Assembly (NCBI RefSeq): GCF_009914755.1
Contig: NC_060930.1
Reading direction: 5' to 3' (one strand)
DNA: 64,000 nucleotides
Source: the human T2T-CHM13v2.0 reference genome, Homo sapiens
Shown: piece by piece, positions 52,746 through 64,000 of the stretch
Numbering within the stretch: position 1 is the stretch's first letter
How the letters are laid out: each line of letters opens with the position of its first letter
The notes under the pieces: generated by a model
Told to the model about the DNA's origin: nothing
Database searches by the model: none
What the model saw: the letters and a program-made list of their open reading frames with translations, nothing else
Position numbers and translations under genes: made by a program

Positions 52746-55700
52746 CAAAATTTAATTTCTCAAATGGAGTTGAAAATGCATTGCTGGATTGTTAACATTA
52801 TTAGTTTTAAGTATTTTTGGCAACCTACAAACTCATGCAGGTTTATCTCTCTCTCCAAAATTTATCATAGTTAATCTGTAAACAAAAAGCACTCAAGAAA
52901 TGTTGATTGAACTAAATTGAATTGGTTTTAATTCCAAACATTTTTCCCAACAGTCTTTTTAGTACTGAATTCTCGTTAATGCCAATATTTTTGTTGTGTT
53001 TGATCTACTCTCCATGAAGCACTGCAGAATTCCTAATCCCCCAATATATTACATTCCCATCAGTTTAATCATTTTCCCTCATTAAAATGCATTAAATTTT
53101 GGTAATAATTTAAATTGTCAACAAGTATTTAAATCTAGTCTAATAATCCCTGTAGCCTTGTTATAAGTGTACTCTGAAAAGTACAATCCCTTCAGAATTT
53201 TCTAGCAGGTGCTACCTCTCCAGAGATTCATGGAGGTTCTGAAAGATGGAACTACACCTTGGAGCAAGAGAGGTCATTATAGGAATAAAAGTGGAAATGG
53301 AAACTTCTGTGGCATCTTTACTTGAGAAACTACTAATATGGTATCACCATCTAAGAAACAAACCAAAAGAGACAACTGGCAAGAGAGGAAAAGAAAACTG
53401 GAAAATACTTCCCAATATTCAAATTTTGAAACATAATTATATGGTATTACCAAGAACAAATTGTTCTTGTATATGAACATAACCTCTTCTCATGTGGACG
53501 TTGATGCTTCCATAGAAAAGGACAGAGAAGGACCAAGGCAAGGAGCCTGAACATGGCAAAACTAAAAAACTATTCCTCCAGTCACAAAGAAAAGTTACAG
53601 TTAAGAAAAGGATTTACTACAGAACTTCTTGACCTGAGAAAATTATCTATATATTTATGAATATATCTATAGGTTTATGAACTCTCTCTATTATATTTAT
53701 GAATACAAATGACAGACAGAAAGGTGGAAGGATGAGAGGGAGAAACAGAGGAAGGGGAAGCTGGTTAATTAGTTACCTAGCTAAAAGACACAGGCAACAG
53801 AAAAAAAATACTCCACTTTCTAACCTATTGCTTCCGAATTTACCTTCCAATTACCTAAAAATAGAATAAAAATTAAACTCTTCACGGTTTATGAGATTAA
53901 AAAAAAAACTAAAAATATAAACTCTGAGTTGTAGTTGGTTTTTGACTCATTATAGTGTTAATTCTTTGGAGCATATCAGACAGCGTTAGACTCAATTTCC
54001 TTAAATAAAATGGAATAATCTAAATTTTTTAAATCATATGGCACAATCTAAATTTGTAAAAAATTATACAGTACATTCTCCTGCTCTACAGAATAACGCA
54101 ATTTTTACACCCAATTCCTTCCATCTCAGGATTCTTTCACAACTGCTGAAGAAAGCCACAGCTATGCTGACAAAGCAGTGAAGAGTAAACTCCAATGTAC
54201 ACGTAACTCCAGAGATCTGCAGGCGTAGAAAGTGAAAATCACCCACTTTTCCTGACAGGAAACACAGGTCAAGCCTTTCCAGATATCCTTGACCCCTATA
54301 GCACAGTAAGAATCAGGAGCAAAATCAACCATGCCCTCAAAGGGATGGTTACCTTTTCAGTTGTCCTGACTGCTTTCGCCTGGCTGCCTCAATAGGAAAA
54401 GGTGGGAAATGTCAAACCAGGTATAGGAACTACTGATTTATTTTTCCCTCCAGATCGACACAAAAGAAAAAAACAGCAAATTCCATGGCTCTCAGTTACA
54501 GATGTCACTATTCACCTGATGATTCTCTAACTGATTATATGACAAAAATCTTATCAAATTTTTAAATACATTTTTAAACAGAAAAAAATAAAATGCATTT
54601 AAAAGTGCATACTATCCATTTACCTTATTTTTCTACAAGTAATTCCTTAAAGATACAAAATAACATTTTGCATTCTTTAACACAGCATAGCAAATTGCCA
54701 CCAAAGAATAGGTTGATTTTAATGGCTTAAATGCAAAATAATTTATTTCATATTGAAAAATGTATGCATGTCAAACCTATCCATTACATAATAAAACACC
54801 ATTTATTATTTAAAAGCAATATGCATAATGTCTATTTTGATATATTTTTCAGACAAGGACTTTACAAAAACATAAAATATGAAATCAACAATCAATTTTC
54901 TTAAATATTTTTCAATATTTCTTTGAAAATGAATAGAAACAGAAATTCTTTATTAGGAATAACAATTACATAAACTTATTTATTAAATTAATTATAGTAA
55001 TACCTTACTTTTCACAGGATCATGAAACTAATACTAGTTTAAGAAAAAAATCTCATTTCATTAAATAATCATATGTGGCTGTAATTGCAATCAACTTTGA
55101 ATAAGGGTGCTTCAATTCTACAGTCTGACTGCATTTAAGGATTTCTGAAACTCTTTTTAAGACCTGTTTTAACAAATTACAATTCATGTCGAAGTGATGT
55201 GAATTGTTTAGGCATCTTTAATAACCCTCTATTGGCATCTTTTTCTCAAACCATAGCCCTCAGCTATGATAGCTTTCCAGAACCTAGAATCCTAGTGACT
55301 TTAGGAATTGTTTGGCTAATAAATATCTGAAATATAAATCAGTATCATATGTAAATACAGTACCTAAATAATCTTGAGTGATGTAGTTCAATCAATGATT
55401 GTTAAATTAGTATATGAAATATATTTAGTACCCTTTTAGTCTTAGAAGTTTCCATCCAAAAAAAACGCCTCTCAGATTAAACTAAGAGGTCCAGTGAGAT
55501 GATATCACTGGTTCAAATGATTCAGTAAAGAATAATTTTAGAAAGTTAACAGAAGACTTTATGATTCCAAATACACTGATTAACATATTTTTTAAAACCC
55601 TATATTGGGCTAGGACTGAACTAGACTGAAATCTCTAAGCTCCCAGGGCAAAGGGGTAGAAACTTACTTGACAGCAGCATGAAATGCCACTTTGCTTTCT

Positions 55701-57589
55701 AAACCTCAGTGTTACTAATCTAATATGACTTCTGCAGATCATAAAGTACAATTGGCCCTTTCAATTTAGATTCGAACACCTGGCTAAATCCATTAACCAG
55801 TGATTCCATGAAGCCAAATCCACTGCCTTTTAGCCAAATCATATTTTTCCCCTCTTTTATGGAAACTCTTTGAATGAGGTTTCTGAAAAAAAAGTCCATC
55901 ACAAATTAATGTAAAAAATGCACAGCAAATTGTATCTGTACTCCAGACAGCTTTTTCATAAATTTTTACGAGTAGAGTTAAACTAGACTGTGTAGATCAC
56001 TTATACAAATTATCTCCATAATAAGAGGCTCCTGTCATTTCTGAGTGTATGTGTTTGCATGTAATTGTGTCCATCGGATTTATCTTGACTTTTTAGACAA
56101 ACTATTGCAATTCTAAAGATTTGAAAATTAGCTCAATTTAATCCACCACCACAACCACCATTACAACTACTAACAATAACAAAACTTCTCAAGTTATTCT
56201 TTGTTATCGTACTACTTCAAAAATAATGGCTTCATTGGCTGAATTTAGTAGCTGTATGTGCAGATATTGCATATCTTTTATAAACAAAGCTACAACTCAA
56301 ATACGCACCTTTTATATATATATATCATAACTAAATCCTACTGAGGATAAACAATTGATGAGAGAGAGAGAAAAGTCAGAACTCAGCGAAGTTACTATCA
56401 ACACAGATAATTTCTCTGTGGTCTTTGAGCACCATTTTACTTAGAAAGGTGCTTAGATTAACAAAAATGTGGGAGGAAAATAAGAAGAACTGACTAAACA
56501 CATGTTTAGTGTCTGTATGATTAGGTTCAGGAACAATGCCAGGAGGAAACTATGTAAGATCTCATCTGATTTTAGATACTTGTCAAAAAAGAACTAAGAA
56601 GAGAATATCTTACTGATGAGATGCTGTCTTTTTAAGTTTGGTAGAACAAAAAGCAAGTTCACTTCTTTAATAAGTACAAATAAACAAGACTGATGAGGTG
56701 AACAAAAATCAATCCACAGATTCCAAAAATTTTACAACTGTTTATTTTCAGTTCAAACATGATTGATGTCAATTAGATGCAGATCTGTCCTGGTGATTCT
56801 CAGGAAATCTACCGTGTCAGATAATCACCTTCCGTGAAACTCAGAAAATCCAGTGCTATGCTTTAACCTATCTTTTCCCCAAATCCTTAAATTCCATACA
56901 TTCTTTAAAATTATTTAATTTTTATCACTATTTTTCATTTCTGCTAATATTAATATTTTACTTACAAAATACAGCAAATACTTAATATTTTTTATGTACA
57001 GCATTTTTCTTATTACTGGCATATTTTAAACTTTATTTTTTGTGAGAATTTTTTTTACAGTACTATGGAAAATCCTTCCAAACAAGAAATGCATAATATG
57101 CAATTTAAAATATAATCCTTAGTAAGCAAAACATGAAAATCTTGATTTAAAGACTAAGAAAGATTATTAGATTTTAACAGAATTACTAACTAAAAAGAAA
57201 AGATTTTAGACAATGCTTTAAAAATGGTTTTTAAAAAAGCCTTTTTGACTTGATCTCTAACAAGACCAATACATGTTTTAATAATGTGAAAGATGTATAT
57301 ATTCCTTCATTATGTTTTGAGTGTGAACTAGTAATTCAGAATTGTCTTGGAAATTTACAGCTTTTATTAGTAGAAACTGAATCTTCTCTTTCTGTAACTA
57401 GGCACTGCATTTAGAGACAGAAGAAAGCCAAACGAGCTTGTTCTGCAGCACAGTCAAGCTCTGCATGTAAAATGTCATGACATGTAAACAAAAATAATAC
57501 AAACTTAAATTTCTGTCAAAATGGTAAAACTGTGGTTATTGTGAAAGTCAACTAAAAATATAAAGTGGATAAGGATATATCTTTACTTA

Positions 57590-57592
<3 letters not shown>

Positions 57593-57630
<38 letters not shown>
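57593..57630. repeat. (CA)19 microsatellite
   Basis: Pure CA run. Confidence 0.95.
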
Positions 57631-57631
<1 letters not shown>

Positions 57632-60600
57632 CTGTCCGTCACTCACTTTTTGAAGTGTCAGATAACATTATTTCTCAAATGACACATAGGGCTTCATTTG
57701 CTATGCATAAGGTCAGTGAATATTAGCTTCATTTACACTTGGCTGAGAATCGGTTGGTGTCAACAGAAGAGGCTTAGTTCCTCCACTAAATAGGGTTAGA
57801 ATCTGACAGAAAGCTGCCACTGAAGAAGATGGATGATCCTCCTTGCTGACCCTTCTCCTCTGAAAGTGTCATAGTTTGGGTCTCTTTCTATCTCTACAAC
57901 AAAGACCCTCTCTGAGCTTCCCAGTGGCCTTCAGTTTTATTGGTGCTAACAGGTCCAGACGTTTTCATCGATTGGATTCTCTACCTTTTTAAATACAAGA
58001 GCATGCCCTTTTTGGCTAGCTAAACCTTGGCACAGATGTCTTTTTTTGTAATTGTGTCTCTGCTGTCTATTGGAAAGGATGCAATCAGACAGGCAAACAT
58101 CATGTCAGCACAGAAAATGCTAAACTATTTATCTCAGTTTCCCAATGTCATTTTAATGAAAGTGACATGTCATTTATCTGTCGAAATTAACCTTGGATAA
58201 TCTCACAGCATATTTCTAGGTGAAAAATCAAAATCTCATGCCATTTTGATGACTAATGTGTAAACAATAATTATACAGAACTATTCAGTAGGTAGAAAAA
58301 ATGTACTTTTCTAGTCATTTTATATAAACTGTTACTGACAACCATATTTTAAAATGTACATACCTGAAAAAAATTCTACATAATTTTCAGAAATATATTT
58401 TGCTTTTTACTAGTGGCTGAAGCTGTGATATAGATCCTACCCTGACTAAAAGCATATAAAAATATTTAATACCTAACAAAGATGCTATAACGATATAATA
58501 AATTACATGCTGCTTGAGATCCTGACTGTGAGCTCTTTTAATATGTTCGAGATTTGTTATTGATACTTGAATGTTAAAGAGATTACATAACCCCAAATTC
58601 CACTTTTCAAAAACGCATATGCTAAAATGATAAAATGTTTTTACGAATAGATTTACATGTAACACATTTTAGGAAAAATGACTATTATGAAACATGCAGT
58701 TGTAACTCAGCTCTAAAGTACTACAATATATAGCTATCAAAATTATTCCATACAAAATATAACAATATATTTGCACATCTGGAACTTCAGAGTTAGCCAA
58801 TAAATGTATGCAACATAAATATAAATATGACAATCCCCAGTACAAATGGGGAAATTAAAAATAAATTCACTAAAAATGAAGAATTACTAATTCTAACCAT
58901 GTTAACCCTTTTGTTAGACTGTAGAGAAAAATATATGATAATATATTATATGATTCTGAAATAGAATCTATTAATGAGCTTAATTAAAATATTCTGAATA
59001 TTCTGAATATTATTTTTAGTGTTACTGTTTTCATTAAAATTGAGAACATTATCAAATTATAGTTGAAAATAACTATCAATGAAAATTTCTTCAGCCAAAA
59101 GCTTTGTTCTAGATGTATCATTAACCGCAATCATTAAAATAAGTATACTTACTAAGGTGGAGAAGCCCATTAAAAAAATACAATACCAACACTTGTAAGA
59201 ACACAGTTTCCTTCTATTTTTAATGTCATATAGGCTGTGCATCCATGATGCTCAATTTTTATTCTCTCAAGTAAATAGTTTTTCAAGAAAAGTTCCAATA
59301 ATTTCAAATATGTATATGAAAAGTAATTATCAATTTTTACTTAGAATTTTCTTTCTATAAAACAGAGTAAACAAAATCAAAATTCTTCTTCCAATATGGG
59401 AGCCAGAAGCACCAGGAACCCAGTTTTTCTTTAAATCAAATAAATCATTACTCTTAATTGATAAATATGGTCCTAAAACTCTAAATTAATCTTAATTATA
59501 TGAATTCTGAAGAATATGCAATGTTTTTTAAGAATAAAGAAAAATAGCAAGATTTATCACCCCCAAAGATGGGTCCAGGATAGTGTTATGTGTTCAACTG
59601 ACCTAAGCAGTCTACCTACGAATATTCTCATGCGTATGTCCATCAATCGATGTCAACATTCCATTGGATTCCAGTCTGACTGGCAAGCGATACTCAGTTA
59701 TCTATTAACATTAATGAATAATAACCGTGCCCTTTAGGTTTATATGAATATAATGTACATTGTTTTCTGTGTAAATTACCCTATATTCAAAAGCAGACTT
59801 GGTTTTGTTATTTTCTTTCATATTATACACTACAAAGTGGTTTTTAAAAAAGGAAGAAAAAGAAAGTGGCTGCAATAAAAAAGTGTGCTTAATGTGAACT
59901 CTGGTATGTATCAGTGTTTTGTTTTTCTAGTCAACTTTATCCCAGCTTGTAACATATAAGCTTAAATGAGTTGTATTCACAGGTTCCTGAATATGTATGT
60001 TCTTTTACAGATCTAACATATAGTTTTTGTCTCTGCAACAGAGTATATAATGACAGAAAATCCTTAAAAACTAAAGATCAGAACAAGTTGTGTCAGTATT
60101 TTAACCTTGTTCACTCTTACCTCTTCACCCTTAATCTATCTTCCTGGCAGCAAAAACTATTTCTATATATTATTTGTATATTCTTATTTGTTATTGGTCT
60201 CCATTTCTCTTTCTCAAATTGAAACACACCATAACAGAACTACTTCAGCTTTCAGAAAAAATAAAGATTAAGAACTTTAACTGATTAAGTACTCTTATAA
60301 ACATCTTGGCTGAGTTCCTTTACAGTATTGATTGAGAGTGGTAATTCTGGAATTATACAAGTCACCGTCCAAATGTTACAAAAGAGACTATAACCTTCAG
60401 CATTGATCAAAGTGTGATTTATTTTCTTAGCTCTATAAAAGAGGCCAGAATTCAAATTATGAAAATGTGCCATACCGTATGATTTGTAATTTTTATTTTG
60501 AAATTACTATTTATCTTTCCATTAAAGGAATAGTGTAGAATTTTCTCAAAGATAAATGAACATTTAATGCCAGTGTCTAAAACACTATAAGAGAAGATGG

Positions 60601-61687
60601 AGAAGGAAAAAAAAAAGAAATCAGATGGAACAGGGATTGAAAAGAAGAGACACTTTATTATAATGAAGGATGAGGCATATTAGAGGATGAATACATACAC
60701 AGTGATGTCCTAGTAAATAATCTTGAAAATCAACAAGAGAGCTGTTTGAATTTGGAGTAGTAATTGTCTCATTGGAAAAATTTACAAAGGAGGGAAATGA
60801 TCCAATTGTTATGTTCAGCTCTTAAAAACACAGTTCTCCTGTATATAATGTTTGTGCAGAATAAACATTAGACACAGTAAAGAACATGTGCTAAATAGTG
60901 AACTTTAAAATTTCCTGTCAGGTTTATTTTGCAAACTAAAACACTGTCTCAACATAACTCTTGAGCCACGTGTTTTCCCAGTTCCAGCTCACAGCCTGAA
61001 TGTCTAAGCTTAACATGTGTTAATTTTAAAAGTCAGTTTTGAGAAACAGATATTGCAGAAGGGTGATTGCCCCTTTTCCCTTGCAAGGGCAGAGAGGTTA
61101 AAGTTTAAAGGTTTCTCAGAGGAGATCTGGTCAGAAATCACATGGTAAAACAGCAAAACTTCTGCTCCTGCACAAATCTTCAGTTTCTGATCACGTAAGA
61201 GGTGCCCACTGTTCTCATTTTAAAACACATTTCCTAATCATTAATTGCTAAAATTTGTGTTCTTTTGTTCTAAAATACCACAGAAACTTAGAGGTATATA
61301 AAAAGTGAAGTTTACTTTCTCTTCCCTTCCCAGACATAAATAGCCTTCAAGTATTCCATATGATAAAGAAAACCTAAATATCTACTTGAAAATAAAGAAG
61401 TTTGTTTACACCTTTGTTGTTCTGTGAAGCAATATTTAAAGATTTTATTGAAGTAGCTTTATTTTATTATTTTTAAAATGTGAAATAATTCAATAATATT
61501 CTACAGGATTTTTTAGCCTCTTTTTAATTGTAAATTGAGATTTCCATAGAAAAGAAATCTTAACTATTCAGTACTCCCAAATTAAGGAATTAATGCATAG
61601 AAATTTGGAAATCTAAAAATGATTCAAGAAGATATTTTGTTTTCTTGCTCCACTATGTTGACTTTTGTTTTCCCCTCTTGTTGGCTC

Positions 61688-61786
61688 TGTGTGTGTGTGC
61701 GCGTGCACATACATATGAGTGTATTTATATATGCGTGCTTTTGGATATCTGTGGTTGTGTGTGTGTATATGTATTATGTGTGTGTA
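61688..61786. repeat. Degenerate (TG)/(TA) alternating purine-pyrimidine tract
   Basis: tgtgtgtgtgtgcgcgtgcacatacatatg...tgtgtgtgtgtatatg. Confidence 0.75.
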
Positions 61787-62547
61787 CTGGCAAAGGAGAA
61801 AGGAAACTGGAAAGAGTAAGATGTGACTTACTTTTGAATCTGTCATTAATGAACTGTTGGAAGTATAAATGAGGACTTTAGTTGTCCCATTTATTTAAAA
61901 ATAAAAAGACTAAAAAAACCCTCTAATTTATCTTTGATGATCTTTAAGGCACACTCAAACTTGAAGAATTTGTAATATTAATTGTCTTGAAAGAGATTAT
62001 GCCCTAAAGGAGTACAAGAATGCCCAAAGAACTTTTGTGTTATAAAGAGTGTATCATATCTGAGTGGGTGAGGGGCATATCCTACCGCACATCTCTCTTC
62101 GAGGATAAAAGTACTTTATAGGAAAATGTCAACTAAAATAGGGACATTATATAATACAAGTCACTTATTTTACTGGGATAAATGTAGAAGATATTATGAA
62201 ACATTTTAAAAATCCATTAGGTTTATTTAACCTATATATTAGGTTAATGTCATTAAGTAAGCTAATGCCATTTGGTATTATTTTCTATATGAGAACTAGT
62301 TTAGCAAATAATGATAGTAAACTACTATTAAAATAAACAGGGAACATATAAATCACTGGAAATATAGAATTGCACAGTGAATTACTAATCTTTCATTTAT
62401 TTTTCTCAGAATAAGCTTTTATTTTATCAAGCAACTCCACATATACAAGTGTTTTTTAGATGTGTTCTATCCCTCCACACCTATCCATTCACCCCTAATC
62501 CCTCTCCTGGTCCAACTCTCTTTTAGAAAGAATGATTCCTGCCCTGC

Positions 62548-62853
62548 TTTTTTGTTTGTTTTGTTTAGAAACAAGGTCTAACTGTCACCCTGGCTGGGGT
62601 GCAGTGGTACCATTATCACTCACTGCTCACTGTGACCTCAACCTCCTGGGTTGGAGTAATCCTCCCAACTCAGCCTCCTGAGTAGCTAAGACTACAGACA
62701 CACACCACTACACCTGAATAACTTTTCCAATTTTTGCAGAGCTGGGGTCTCACTACGTTGCTCAGGCTGGTCTCAAACGTCTGGCCTCAAGCAATCCTCC
62801 TACCTTAGCCTCCCAAACTGCTGGGATTACAGGCATCAGCCGCTGTGCCTACC
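62548..62853 (-). mobile_element. AluJ element
   Basis: Reverse Alu. Near-TSD aagaatgattcct (62528-62540) / aagaatgatttct (62854-62866). Confidence 0.9.
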
Positions 62854-64000
62854 AAGAATGATTTCTTTAAAAAGTAGACTAGGTTATACTAATGTAATAG
62901 ATTTTTGAATCATTCAACTTAAAAATGATAAATGTATGATATGTAGTTAATATTGTATCAGATTGATATTATGCTTTATTCATAAAAGCATCACAGTGAT
63001 CTCTTCTCCAGATCTAGGTTTTCTCTGTAAGGTTGTAATTCAGTGTTAATGGGTTCAGGGTAAGTCTGAGGCTACCATCACCACAGGCCAGGGGTTAAAC
63101 TAGGTGCTAATTGGGTGACACATGAAACAAAATATTAAACACAGTATGTGTCCTTTCAAAGCCCCCTGATTTTCTAATACATTAGGAGCAAGAGATAACA
63201 TAATCATCAGCAGTAAATAACTTAAATGACTAAATAACATGAAAAAATTCAAAATCCATAAAAAATATAACCATTAAAAAACTTTCAAACTATTACATCC
63301 CAGAGTGCATTTTCCCTGGGTTTCTTTGTTCTTATGTCATTCATCGACGCTAAACAAAGTAAATTAAATAATAAACCTTCCATAACTCTTAACAAAATCA
63401 CAGAATATAAGAAAAATAATGTACATTTGTTTCAGCTGATGTATCACTTTGGCTTCCTGAGAAATGCTATCATTCGAGATTAATATTGTAACATATACCT
63501 ACAGATTCTATAACTTTAGCCAAAGTGTGTAACACGGGTAGAAAACAAAAAAAATAACATCTATAACTCATTAATTTGAACTAATTTCTAAATTGAGTTG
63601 TTTTACTACCAGATTAAAAAATAAAAACTTATATGTGCATGTGACCTTCTACTTTTCACATATTAAACTTACATTAATATCCTAATGAAGACATGCATCC
63701 ATAAAACTAAATTTGTGAGATATTTTGCAGGGGATGAGGTAATTTAAAGCTATTTAAATGTGAGAAAAATTGAAACAAAAAGATTTTCTGAAATCTTTCC
63801 TTTGGTATTCATGTATCATATTTGTATGGACATAGAGAAAAATATCAAATATATAGCTGTGTCAAAATTCTCCCATGAAAATATTATTTCTATAAAATAA
63901 CTAATGATAGACAATATCATCATGAATATTTCATAGATTAGTGGTTATCTTAGAGAAAATAGCTATGAATTACACAGAAAAACAAATCAAATGCAAAATT

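Overview
AT-rich primate DNA, very likely human (AluY/S/J, THE1, MIR, L2). It lies inside EPHA7, which is transcribed on the minus strand. Only two coding exons are present: 20260-20415 (156 nt, end of the cysteine-rich region; exon 4 by the usual Eph numbering) and 18720-19055 (336 nt, first fibronectin type III repeat; exon 5). The rest is intron 3 (20416-64000, continuing past the window), intron 4 (19056-20259) and intron 5 (1-18719). These introns carry Alus, L1/L2/MIR fragments, DNA transposons (Tigger/MER), MaLR LTR elements including a full-length THE1, and microsatellites. Most other ORFs in the supplied track are repeat-derived or chance. I see no clearly new biological system. The best leads are: (i) exon-5 read-through giving a secreted EphA7, with an AATAAA at an Alu insertion site; (ii) a frame-preserving exon 4+5 circle between inverted Alus; (iii) a dense PBX-HOX/MEIS motif cluster at ~4.17 kb; (iv) a sense-oriented full-length THE1; (v) a perfect 68-bp tandem duplication; (vi) a possible decayed Tc1-type transposase fragment. 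Repeat subfamily names are from by-eye recognition, not from a RepeatMasker run.
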